Source: Hydrogenophaga intermedia (lineage in GTDB: Bacteria; Pseudomonadota; Alphaproteobacteria; Sphingomonadales; Sphingomonadaceae). From it: DNA of 64,000 nt. The position numbers and the translations under genes were made by a program. The notes beneath the pieces are model-generated. The model was given only the letters and a program-made list of their open reading frames with translations. It made no database searches and was not told the origin of the DNA. The DNA is taken from the NCBI GenBank assembly GCA_943370475.1, contig CALRRI020000027.1, forward strand, positions 22 to 64,021, written 5' to 3'. Positions 19,737-28,360 of the stretch are shown here, piece by piece. Position 1 is the first letter of the stretch, and the number at the start of each line of letters is the position of its first letter.

Positions 19737-20513
19737 ATGCTGGTAAAGACTGCCATTCAGGACGGCGTCGCCATCGTGACATTGAACCGGCCCGAGGCGA
19801 TGAACGCACTGTCCGCCGCCCTTCGGGTGGAACTGGCCGAGGCGATGCTGGCGGTCGCGCAGAATGATGCCGTACGCGCGGTGGTGCTGACGGGGGAAGG
19901 CACGCGCGCCTTCACCGCCGGGCTGGATCTGAAGGAACTGGGCGCGAGCACGCAGGGGCTTGGCGCTGCCAATGCGACCGACCCGCGCGACAATCCGGTC
20001 AAGGCGGTCGAACAGTGCGCCAAGCCCGTGATCGGCGCGATCAACGGCGTGGCGATCACGGGCGGGTTCGAACTGGCGCTCGCCTGCGACGTGCTGATCG
20101 CGTCGAGCAACGCCCGCTTTGCCGATACGCATGCGCGCGTCGGCATCATGCCCGGTTGGGGGCTGTCGCAGAAATTGTCGCGGATGATCGGCCTGTCGCG
20201 CGCCAAGGAGCTTTCGCTGACCGGCAATTTCCTCGACGCCGCCACCGCCGAGCGCTGGGGGCTGGTCAACCGGGTGGTCGAGGCCGACGCGCTGCTGCCC
20301 ACCGCCATCGCGCTGGCCCGCGACATGGCCAGCATCGATCCGGCCATGAGCGCTGCCTACAAGGCGCTGATCGACGATGGCTATGCGCTGCCCTTTGGCG
20401 AAGGCCTGACGCTGGAGGCGCAAAGATCGACCGCGGCCAACACGCAGGTTGCGCCCGAAGCGGTCGAACAGGCCCGGCAGGCGGTGATGGCGCGGGGGCG
20501 ATCGCAGGGTTGA
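19737..20513 (+). CDS. enoyl-CoA hydratase/isomerase (crotonase family)
   Basis: 'VTLNRPEAMNAL...FTAGLDLKE...INGVAITGGFELALACD'. The ATG at 19737 is preceded by GGAGAG. Confidence 0.9.
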   Translation: MLVKTAIQDGVAIVTLNRPEAMNALSAALRVELAEAMLAVAQNDAVRAVVLTGEGTRAFTAGLDLKELGASTQGLGAANATDPRDNPVKAVEQCAKPVIGAINGVAITGGFELALACDVLIASSNARFADTHARVGIMPGWGLSQKLSRMIGLSRAKELSLTGNFLDAATAERWGLVNRVVEADALLPTAIALARDMASIDPAMSAAYKALIDDGYALPFGEGLTLEAQRSTAANTQVAPEAVEQARQAVMARGRSQG

Positions 20514-20542
20514 GCCACCTTAACCGCGCGATTAAATACCGG

Positions 20543-20558
20543 TTGACGTTTACGTTAA
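20543..20558. promoter_or_regulatory. candidate operator, imperfect palindrome TTGACGTTTACGTTAA
   Basis: 12/16 self-complementary. It lies 73 nt upstream of the acyl-CoA dehydrogenase ATG and is bracketed by the 7-bp inverted repeat CCTTAAC (20518-20524) / GTTAAGG (20554-20560). A 13/16-identical copy lies at 32469-32484. Confidence 0.4.
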
Positions 20559-20630
20559 GGCAGGGCTAGACCTTGCGCGTCGCCGCGCGGCATGAATCGC
20601 ACGGCCGAGACATCCACCGGAGAGAAGCCC

Positions 20631-21785
20631 ATGTCGCTCGATGCCCTAGCCCGCACCGCCTATACGCCCGATCACGAGGCGTTTCGCCAGACCGTTCGCC
20701 GCTTCATGCAGGAAGAGGTCGCGCCCAACGCGGTCAAATGGGACGAGGAAAAGATTGTTCCACGTGAAATCTGGCCCAAGGCAGGCGAGCTCGGCATGCT
20801 GTGCCCCACCGTTCCGGAAGAATATGGCGGCCTCGGCCTCGACTTCGGCTACAACGCGATCGTCAACGAAGAAGCCGCCTATTTTGGCGGATCACCGCTC
20901 GGCTTCTCGCTGCAGTCTGACATCGTCGTCAACTATCTGGTCCAATACGGCTCGGAAGAGCAGAAGCAGAAGTGGCTGCCGCGCCTCGTTTCGGGCGAGA
21001 CGATTACCGCGATTGCGATGACCGAGCCGGGCACGGGCTCCGACCTCCAGGGCATCCGCACCACCGCGAAGAAGGATGGCAACCACTATGTCATCAATGG
21101 CTCCAAGACCTATATCACCAATGGCCAGAACGCCGACCTGATCCTGGTCTGCGCCAAGACCGATACCGAAGTGCAGCCCGCCTGGAAGGGCGTGTCGATC
21201 ATCCTCGTCGAAGCCGATCGGGAAGGGTTCGCCCGCGGCCGCAACCTCGACAAGATCGGCCAGGACGCTGCCGATACCTCGGAGCTGTTCTTCAACGATG
21301 TCCGCGTGCCGATGACCAACTGCCTGGGCGAAGAGGGCAAGGGCTTCATCTATCTGATGAGCGAGCTGCCGCAGGAGCGCCTGTCGATCGCCGTGTCTGC
21401 CCAGGCTTCGGCGCAGAAGGCCTATGACGATACCGTCACGTTCGTGAAGGACCGCAAGGCCTTCGGCAAGACCGTGTTCGATTTCCAGAACACCCGCTTC
21501 GTGCTGGCCGATCTCAAGACCAAGCTGCAGGTTGGCTGGGCGCATCTCGACTGGGCTCTGAACCGCCATGCGACCAAGGAACTGACCGCGGTCGAAGGCG
21601 CTGCCGCCAAGCTGTGGCACACCGAACTGCAGTGGGAAATCATGGACAAGTGCCTGCAGCTGCACGGCGGCGCCGGTTACATGAACGAATATCCGATCGC
21701 CCGCGCCTGGCGCGGTGCGCGCGTGACGCGCATCTTCGGTGGAACCAATGAAATCATGAAGGAGCTCATCGGTCGTTCGCTGTAA
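20631..21785 (+). CDS. acyl-CoA dehydrogenase
   Basis: ACAD signatures 'AIAMTEPGTGSD' and 'QLHGGAGYMNEYPIAR...RIFGGTNEIM'. The ATG at 20631 is preceded by GGAGAG. Confidence 0.9.
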   Translation: MSLDALARTAYTPDHEAFRQTVRRFMQEEVAPNAVKWDEEKIVPREIWPKAGELGMLCPTVPEEYGGLGLDFGYNAIVNEEAAYFGGSPLGFSLQSDIVVNYLVQYGSEEQKQKWLPRLVSGETITAIAMTEPGTGSDLQGIRTTAKKDGNHYVINGSKTYITNGQNADLILVCAKTDTEVQPAWKGVSIILVEADREGFARGRNLDKIGQDAADTSELFFNDVRVPMTNCLGEEGKGFIYLMSELPQERLSIAVSAQASAQKAYDDTVTFVKDRKAFGKTVFDFQNTRFVLADLKTKLQVGWAHLDWALNRHATKELTAVEGAAAKLWHTELQWEIMDKCLQLHGGAGYMNEYPIARAWRGARVTRIFGGTNEIMKELIGRSL

Positions 21786-21806
21786 GGCGCGACCGGACCC
21801 TTCCTC

Positions 21807-22271
21807 ATGCCCAAATCAGAATCCTGGCAGCGCGATCCGGAAAGCTATCCGTTCAGCACCGTAACCGAAACGCGCTTCCAAGATCTGGACCCGCTCGGCC
21901 ATATCAACAATGTCGCGATGGCGGCCTTGTTCGAGAATGGCCGGGTAAGGTTCAACCGCAATCTGGGGCTGGAACGCCGCCAGCCCGGCGAGCGGTGGCT
22001 GATCGCATCGGTTGCGATCGACTATGTCGCCGAAGCGCATTTTCCCGATCCGGTCGAGGTGATGAGCGGTATCGGGCGAATCGGATCTTCCAGCTGGGAC
22101 ATCTATTCGGCCGCGTTCCAGCAGGGCGTGTGCGTGGCAACCTGCGTCTCGACTCTCGTGCTCACCGACAAGGCCGGGCCCAAGCCGATTCCCGATGCGC
22201 TGCGCCAGCGCTATGGCGAGCTTCTGGTGCGGAAAAGTCACCAGCCGAGCGGCACCACCACACCCGCCTGA
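21807..22271 (+). CDS. acyl-CoA thioesterase (hotdog / 4HBT family)
   Basis: 'RFQDLDPLGHINNVAMAALFENGRV' matches the 4HBT-type hotdog pattern. Confidence 0.8.
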   Translation: MPKSESWQRDPESYPFSTVTETRFQDLDPLGHINNVAMAALFENGRVRFNRNLGLERRQPGERWLIASVAIDYVAEAHFPDPVEVMSGIGRIGSSSWDIYSAAFQQGVCVATCVSTLVLTDKAGPKPIPDALRQRYGELLVRKSHQPSGTTTPA

Positions 22272-22340
22272 CCGGACGAAAAACGGGCCGGAGAGCCAAA
22301 CGACTCCCCGACCCGCAGTGTCTGGGTGGGACCAGCGCGA

Positions 22341-22709
22341 TCACCAATACGGCTTAACTGCCCAATAATCGTAAACGCTGGTCTGATATTCGCGATCATA
22401 GGCGCGGTCGCGCTCACTTTCCGAGAAGCTCGGCGCGTTTTTCAGCTGGTCGGCAGTGACCGAAACCAGATAGCCGCCCAGTTCGGTATCATAGCTGAGC
22501 TTCGACCAGGGCAGACTGTGCAGCTCGGTGCCGATGCCCAGGAAGCCACCGACTGACACGATGACATCAGTCACCTTGCCTTCGTGCTTGCTGATCAGCA
22601 TGTCGTTGACCGAACCGATCTTTTCGCGATCCGAACCGTAAACGGCGGTGCCGTTGACCTGATCGCTGGAAATGGTGTCATGGCCGCGTTCAAGCGTGTT
22701 GTCGTGCAT
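22341..22709 (-). CDS. PRC-barrel domain protein
   Basis: 122 aa from the ATG at 22709 (GAGAGG upstream). Contains 'VNGTAVYGSDREKIGSVNDMLISKHEGKVTDVIVSVGGFLGIG...LPWSKL'. Confidence 0.8.
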   Translation of the reverse strand: MHDNTLERGHDTISSDQVNGTAVYGSDREKIGSVNDMLISKHEGKVTDVIVSVGGFLGIGTELHSLPWSKLSYDTELGGYLVSVTADQLKNAPSFSESERDRAYDREYQTSVYDYWAVKPYW

Positions 22710-22965
22710 GATGGAAATCCTCTCGATTGTCCGCCTGCGCCCGCCCGCAAGGGACTGGGCTGCTGACCGGGCCAAGAGGCGGTTTGGGGGGCAGCCCGGC
22801 CAGCATCCCACCAAGGGATGAACCGGCAAAGCGTTGCTCGGCTGGTCGCAAAGCGCAGGTGCCCTGCCGACGGGCTTCTGTTTTGCGAATCGCTGGTCTA
22901 GTCTGCGCGCGCATGGCAGCACCCCGAACCCATGATCGGTCGGGGGCGCATCAGGAGGGACAAGG

Positions 22966-24792
22966 TTGACGCTGGAGTCGAGGGATCACAACGCCGATGG
23001 CAGCTTGCGCGACTGGATGCAGTCCGGGCTGTTCGCTGGCGTGGACCAGGCCGCCATCGACGCGCTAAGCGAACGCGCGCAGCGGCTGGACCTGCCCGCC
23101 GGCAGCATTCTCGTGCACCAGGGCGATCCCGCCGATTCGCTCTATTTTCTTGAAACGGGGCGGCTGCGCGTCCTCATCGAAACGTCGGCGGGTCACAAGG
23201 CGGTCGCACAGATCGAGGCGGGCGAGCCGGTCGGCGAACTGGCCTTCTTCGGCGGCGGCACCCGCACCGCGACGCTGCAGGCCAGCCGCGACAGCGTGGT
23301 GATGGTGCTGGATCGCGAAAGCTATGACGCGGTGGTCGCCGCCTTTCCGCAGCTGGTGCCAGCCATCCTGACCGCCGTGACGCAGCGGCTTGCGGCCGTG
23401 ACCGCCAAGACCCCGCCGATGGAGGCGCGGCTGCCGCGCGTCATCGCGGTCGTGCCCTGCGGCAGCAGCCGGATCGATCCGGCGCTGCTCGATCGTCTCA
23501 CCGATGCCATCCGCCGCACCGTTCCCGACGACCGGCAGGTGATGCTGGTGCGCGAAGCCGATGTGCCGCAGGGGCCCGCCAGCGCCTATCAGGCCTGGCT
23601 GCGCGAACACGAAGCCCGGCGCGGGTACCTTCTGATCGATGCAGGCGGCGATGCCGAATGGGGCGCCCTGGTCTGCCGCAATGCCGACGGGCTGCTGATG
23701 ATCGCCGAGGCGGGCGCCAGCCCGGCGCTGAACCCGCTCGAGCAGGCGGGCTGTGCTGCGATCGAGCCTGCCAACCGCACCTTGCTGGTGCTGCGCGACA
23801 CCGCCGATCGGCCGATCACCGGGACACCCGCGTGGCTGGCCGGGCGCGACCCGCATCTGCATCATCATGTCGCAAGGGACACGGAAGCCGATTTCGCCCG
23901 GGTCGCGCGCTTTCTCACCGGGCGCGCGGTGGGGCTGGTGCTCGCGGGCGGCGGCGCATTGGGCTGCGCGCATCTGGGCATTGTCCGCGGGCTGCAGCAG
24001 GCGGGCATTCCCATCGATCTGATCGGGGGCACCAGCGCCGGCGCAGCAATGGGTGCCGCGATCGCTCAGGGCCTGTCGGTGCCGCAAACGCTCGACCAGA
24101 TGGAGGCGATGTTCATCGACGCCAAGGCGATGCGGCGCTTCACCGTGCCGATCCATTCGCTACTCGATCCGGCGGTGTTCGATGCGGAACTCGAGGTCCG
24201 CTATGGCGTCGCCGATATCGCCGACCAGCCGCTCAACTTCTTTGCCATCTCGACCAACCTGTCGACCAACGACCTGCACGTCCACCGCCAGGGCCCGTTA
24301 TGGCATGCGGTGCGGGCGTCGGGTTCGCTCCCCACCATCCTGCCGCCGTTCATCGACCTCGATGGCAACATCCTGGTCGATGGCGGGGTGCTCGACAATG
24401 TACCGGTGGTGACGATGCGCGCGCTCAAATCCGGACCGAACATCGTCGTGACGCTGGGTGAGGCGGGGCAGGTGTGGCGGATCAAGGCCGCCTATCAATC
24501 GCTCAGGCGCCGTGGCCAGCTGATCCGTGACCTGTTGCTGCGGCGGAAAAGCGATAGCGATTTTCCCTCGATCGTCGAGATCATGCAGCGCTCCATGGTG
24601 GTGGCCAGCCGGATCGCCTCCCGATCCATGCTGCGCGAGGGCGATATCCTGCTCAGCCCGCCGATCGTCCAGGGCATGCAAATTCTCGACTGGCATCTGG
24701 GGCGCAAACAGGCCGAGCAGGCAGCGCGCTACGTTGCCGAACAGGTCGCCGCCAACCCTGCGCTCGCAGATCTCGCCAACCAGCCCGATTGA
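22966..24792 (+). CDS. cyclic-nucleotide-binding domain + patatin-like phospholipase
   Basis: cNMP-binding motif 'GELAFFGGGTRTATLQA'. Patatin motifs 'GGGALG', 'GTSAG' (G-x-S-x-G) and 'VDGGVLDN' (DGG). The TTG start is preceded by AGGAGG. Confidence 0.85.
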   Translation: MTLESRDHNADGSLRDWMQSGLFAGVDQAAIDALSERAQRLDLPAGSILVHQGDPADSLYFLETGRLRVLIETSAGHKAVAQIEAGEPVGELAFFGGGTRTATLQASRDSVVMVLDRESYDAVVAAFPQLVPAILTAVTQRLAAVTAKTPPMEARLPRVIAVVPCGSSRIDPALLDRLTDAIRRTVPDDRQVMLVREADVPQGPASAYQAWLREHEARRGYLLIDAGGDAEWGALVCRNADGLLMIAEAGASPALNPLEQAGCAAIEPANRTLLVLRDTADRPITGTPAWLAGRDPHLHHHVARDTEADFARVARFLTGRAVGLVLAGGGALGCAHLGIVRGLQQAGIPIDLIGGTSAGAAMGAAIAQGLSVPQTLDQMEAMFIDAKAMRRFTVPIHSLLDPAVFDAELEVRYGVADIADQPLNFFAISTNLSTNDLHVHRQGPLWHAVRASGSLPTILPPFIDLDGNILVDGGVLDNVPVVTMRALKSGPNIVVTLGEAGQVWRIKAAYQSLRRRGQLIRDLLLRRKSDSDFPSIVEIMQRSMVVASRIASRSMLREGDILLSPPIVQGMQILDWHLGRKQAEQAARYVAEQVAANPALADLANQPD

Positions 24793-24799
24793 AGCCCGG

Positions 24800-25102
24800 T
24801 TAAGCCGCCGGATCGAGCTTTTCGGCCACCTCGCGGGTCTTGTGGTCGGGCAGCACGATCATCGCCAGGATGAACAGCGCAAAGCACAGGCAGATGGCGT
24901 TGGGGATGATCAGCGTCCATTCGCCCTTGAGCAGGCCGAAGCTGACCCATGCGGCAAAGGCCAGGCTGGTCAGCGCAAACATCGGCAACGACAGCCCCTC
25001 GGTCGAGCGGCTGCGGATGATCTTCCAGGCCTGCGGGGTGAAGCTGGCGACCGAGGCGCATGCGCCGATGGTTCCTGCAACGGTGATCCAGTCGATGGTC
25101 AT
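24800..25102 (-). CDS. SemiSWEET / PQ-loop sugar transporter
   Basis: 100 aa with three TM helices and the 'FTPQAWKIIRSRSTEGLS' PQ motif. The ATG at 25102 is preceded by AGGAGG. Confidence 0.8.
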   Translation of the reverse strand: MTIDWITVAGTIGACASVASFTPQAWKIIRSRSTEGLSLPMFALTSLAFAAWVSFGLLKGEWTLIIPNAICLCFALFILAMIVLPDHKTREVAEKLDPAA

Positions 25103-25275
25103 GCGGCCTCCTGTGGTTCCGGCGCCAGACGGCTGCGGTTGCGGTTGCGCGCCAGCCATCAAGGCGCGGACCAGACACAGACGCACACACACAGCCTTCG
25201 ATCCTGCACTGGACGCTGCGATCTCTTGCCAGACCCGGCCGGCATCCTCGGATCGCGGCACCGCCCGCGCGCCGG

Positions 25276-25794
25276 TCAGCGCATGGGCAACGGATCGACA
25301 AAGGCGGCCAGCGCGCGCCATGCCTGCGCCTTGTCGGCAAAAGCCAGCGTATGGGCCGGGCTGCTCGACGGCACGCCGATCACCGGCAGGTCGCAGCCGC
25401 CAAGCTGCCGCCGCGCGGAAACCGCCGACAGTGCGCCGTTGCACGCGACCGCGCGCAGATCCGGGAGCGTGGCCACGAGGCTCGTCAGCGGATTATGCAC
25501 CGCGTCCCGGATATCGCCATCCAGGCTCGATGCGCGCCGCGCCGATGCGATGACATCCCAAAGGCCGATGCCGCGCGCCAAGAGCCGCGCCAGCCGCTCA
25601 GGATAATCGAGCAATTCCAGTGATTCGCCCGTCGCCACCTCCATCAGCCGCCAGAACTGGTTGCGTGGATGCGCATAATAGCGCTGCGCCGCGAGCGACG
25701 CCCGCCCCGGCAGGCTGCCCAGCACCAGCAGCGTGCAGCGCGGTGGCAGCACGGGAGGAAAGCCGGCAACCGGTTCGGGATTGGGCAAGGGCAT
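25276..25794 (-). CDS. DNA-deoxyinosine glycosylase (UDG superfamily)
   Basis: 'LVLGSLPGRASLAAQRYYAHPRNQFWRLM' is the pattern I associate with this family. Confidence 0.75.
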   Translation of the reverse strand: MPLPNPEPVAGFPPVLPPRCTLLVLGSLPGRASLAAQRYYAHPRNQFWRLMEVATGESLELLDYPERLARLLARGIGLWDVIASARRASSLDGDIRDAVHNPLTSLVATLPDLRAVACNGALSAVSARRQLGGCDLPVIGVPSSSPAHTLAFADKAQAWRALAAFVDPLPMR

Positions 25795-25900
25795 GGCAAA
25801 GCTCTAGCCGACCATGCGCCCGGGCCAAAGACTCCAGCGCAAAACCCTGCGCGCCAGCGGCGTTCAGGCCGGGCAGTGATCTCATGATATGTGGTGGAAG

Positions 25901-25974
25901 TGGATGCCCCCCAAGGATTCGAACCTTGATTAACGGAGTCAGAGTCCGTGGTCTTACCATTAGACGAAGGGGCA
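25901..25974 (-). tRNA. tRNA-Gln (anticodon CUG)
   Basis: Hand-folded cloverleaf: acceptor TGCCCCT/GGGGGCA, D-arm GTC/GAC, anticodon arm ACGGA-CTCTGAC-TCCGT, T-arm CAAGG-TTCGAAT-CCTTG, then discriminator T and an encoded CCA. 74 nt. Confidence 0.9.
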
Positions 25975-25986
25975 ATAGAGGCGTGG

Positions 25987-26015
25987 CAAATAGGCGTGTC
26001 GGCAAAACCGGTCAA
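25987..26015 (-). promoter_or_regulatory. putative sigma70-type promoter of tRNA-Gln
   Basis: On the minus strand: TTGACC (26015-26010), a 17-nt spacer, then TATTTG (25992-25987). The -10 element ends 13 nt upstream of the mature tRNA 5' end. Confidence 0.35.
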
Positions 26016-26149
26016 GACCCAAAAATCACCGATCCGGCGGCGCGCTTGCGCGTTCATCGCAAATTGGCTAACCTTGGTTCCAAGTACCGGCGATGTGCGG
26101 GCGTTTTGGCTGCGCGGGAACACCGGATGAGAAAAAAGAGCAACTTGGC

Positions 26150-27430
26150 ATGGTGGAGCGACCCACACCGTTGCCGCAGCCCGGTCCGCAGGTGACCCCG
26201 CCCCAGGATGGCGGATCCGTCGCCCGGGATCAGGCAAACCCCGCCGTGACCGGCCGGAATGCGGCAAGACAGCGAGGCAGACGGCAGGCAGGCGCCGCCG
26301 CAGTTCCTTCCGGCCTCACAACCGGCGGCAATTCCGCATCCGATCCGCAGTCCGGCAGTGGCCCACGCGCGCGCAACGCCGATAAAAGTGTCAAAGGCGA
26401 CAGGGGTGACAGGGGCGGATGGAATGCCCGGCGCGCCTATGCCGCGATCGACCTGGGGACCAACAACTGCCGCCTGCTCATCGCCAAGCCCGCCGCCGAC
26501 GGCTTTGTCGTCGTCGATGCCTTTTCTCGCGTGGTCCGGCTGGGTGAAGGGCTGGGCCAGAGCGGGCGGCTGAGCGATGCGGCGATGGACCGCGCCGTGG
26601 CCGCGCTCTCGATCTGCGCCGACAAGCTGCGCCGCCGCCATGTCGCGCTGGCGCGCTCGGTGGCGACCGAGGCGTGCCGCAAGGCAACCAACGGCCCCGA
26701 TTTCATCGAGCGCGTGCGGCGTGAGACCGGCATCGTGCTCGACATCATCACTGCCGAGGAAGAGGCGCGGCTGGCAGTGCTGGGCTGTCATATCCTGCTG
26801 GAACCGGGCGACGGCCCCGCGCTGATCTTCGATATCGGCGGCGGATCGACCGAACTGGTGCTGGTCGACAGCTCCGGCCCGGTGCCCGATATTCTCGACT
26901 GGAAGAGCGTGCCCTGGGGCGTGGTCACGCTGACCGAAAGCGAGCGATTCGACCCCGACGATCCGGCCGAGCGCGCCGCTGCCTATGCGCGCATGCGCCA
27001 CCGGGTGATGGAAGGGTTCGCCGATTTTGCCGCGCGGCTGCCCGATCTGCCCAATGCCGAACGGCGGCTGCTGGGCACCAGCGGCACGGTGACGACGCTC
27101 GCCAGCCTGCATCTCGACCTGCCCTGCTACAATCGCGATGCGATCGACGGGCTGATCGTGCCATCCGAATCGATGCGGTCGATCAGCACGCGCCTGGCGG
27201 AGATGAGCCTGCAGCAGCGCCGCGAGCTGCCGTGCATCGGCAAGGAACGCGCCGATCTGGTGGTGGCGGGCTGCGCCATTCTCGAATCGATTCTCGACAT
27301 CTGGCCCGCCGTGCGGCTGGGCGTGGCCGATCGTGGCATCCGCGAGGGCATTTTGCGCGCGCTGATGGGCCGCGATGCCCCGCACCCCACGCCCGGCCTC
27401 ACCAGCAGCAAACAGGAGCACCGCGCATGA
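26150..27430 (+). CDS. ppx: exopolyphosphatase / GppA phosphatase family protein with a disordered N-terminal extension
   Basis: 'AAIDLGTNNCRLLIA...FDIGGGSTEL' (ASKHA fold). The preceding ~90 codons are Arg/Gly/Pro-rich. The start is uncertain (ATG at 26150, or the track start at 26093). Confidence 0.8.
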   Translation: MVERPTPLPQPGPQVTPPQDGGSVARDQANPAVTGRNAARQRGRRQAGAAAVPSGLTTGGNSASDPQSGSGPRARNADKSVKGDRGDRGGWNARRAYAAIDLGTNNCRLLIAKPAADGFVVVDAFSRVVRLGEGLGQSGRLSDAAMDRAVAALSICADKLRRRHVALARSVATEACRKATNGPDFIERVRRETGIVLDIITAEEEARLAVLGCHILLEPGDGPALIFDIGGGSTELVLVDSSGPVPDILDWKSVPWGVVTLTESERFDPDDPAERAAAYARMRHRVMEGFADFAARLPDLPNAERRLLGTSGTVTTLASLHLDLPCYNRDAIDGLIVPSESMRSISTRLAEMSLQQRRELPCIGKERADLVVAGCAILESILDIWPAVRLGVADRGIREGILRALMGRDAPHPTPGLTSSKQEHRA

Positions 27431-28245
27431 GCGGCGACGACAAGAGCGGTAGCGGCGGCAAGGACGGCGGCGGCAAAGATGGCGGGAGCAAGGACGGCGG
27501 GGGCAAGATCCCCGGCGACAGCCGCCGCAAGGCCAGCGGCCGCTATGGCGATGGCCTCAAGCAGCGGGTGAAGACCGCGCGCGGGCGCACGGCCTCGTCG
27601 AACCGCTGGCTCGAACGCCAGCTCAACGACCCTTATGTCCGCAAGGCCAAGGCGGAGGGCTATCGCAGCCGCGCGGTCTACAAGCTGGTGGAGCTCGACG
27701 AGAAATTCGCGCTGGTGCGCAAGGCGCGGCACGTGATCGATCTGGGCATTGCGCCGGGGGGCTGGGCGCAGCTCGTCCGCCGGATCAACCCCAAGGCGGC
27801 GGTGGTGGGGATCGACCTGCTGCCGGTCGACCCGATCGAGGGTGTGACCATCTTCCAGATGGACTTCATGGCCGATCACGCGCCGGGCGCGCTCATTGAT
27901 GCACTGGGAGCGCAGCCCGACCTCGTCCTGTCGGACATGGCGGCGAACACCGTGGGCCACAAGCAGACCGATCACCTGCGCACCATGGGGCTGGTCGAAG
28001 CCGCTGCGCATTTTGCGGTCGAGCATCTGGCCGAGGGCGGCGCGTTCGTCGCCAAGGTGCTGGCCGGCGGCACCGACAACGATCTGCTGGCGCTGCTCAA
28101 GCAGCATTTCAAGACGATCAAGCACGCCAAGCCGCCCGCCAGCCGCAAGGGCAGCAACGAATGGTATGTCGTCGCGCAGGGTCGCAAGCGGCGCAGCGCT
28201 GGCCCCGACACCCATACCGAGGCCGACACGGACACCGACGAGTAA
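27427..28245 (+). CDS. rlmE: 23S rRNA (uridine2552-2'-O)-methyltransferase
   Basis: 'SSNRWLERQLNDPYV...YRSRAVYKL...DLGIAPGGW...VLSDMAANTVGH' is the FtsJ/RlmE pattern. The ATG overlaps the ppx stop (ATGA). Confidence 0.9.
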   Translation: MSGDDKSGSGGKDGGGKDGGSKDGGGKIPGDSRRKASGRYGDGLKQRVKTARGRTASSNRWLERQLNDPYVRKAKAEGYRSRAVYKLVELDEKFALVRKARHVIDLGIAPGGWAQLVRRINPKAAVVGIDLLPVDPIEGVTIFQMDFMADHAPGALIDALGAQPDLVLSDMAANTVGHKQTDHLRTMGLVEAAAHFAVEHLAEGGAFVAKVLAGGTDNDLLALLKQHFKTIKHAKPPASRKGSNEWYVVAQGRKRRSAGPDTHTEADTDTDE

Positions 28246-28360
28246 CAGGAGCGCACGGCGCGGCGCAGCGTCATGCGCTGACGATCGGCGTCGCTGGCCC
28301 GGGTTGACGCATGCCGGTGTTGCGGCTCTCTTGGGCTTCTGGTTCCTGGGAGGTCGTGCC

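Noticed and set aside
25103-25275. GCGGTT and CA-rich low-complexity repeats upstream of the SemiSWEET gene, considered as a riboswitch or CRISPR-like repeat.
   Set aside because: The repeats are only 6-nt microsatellite-like units with no spacer structure. I could not fold a convincing conserved aptamer and I know of no matching motif.
27896-28360. The upstream 155 codons of track ORF 27896-29578, which would give a 560-aa MFS protein.
   Set aside because: This part overlaps the 3' half of rlmE in another frame and has no MFS features. The transporter begins at the GTG at 28361 or the ATG at 28376, after a GGGAGG site.
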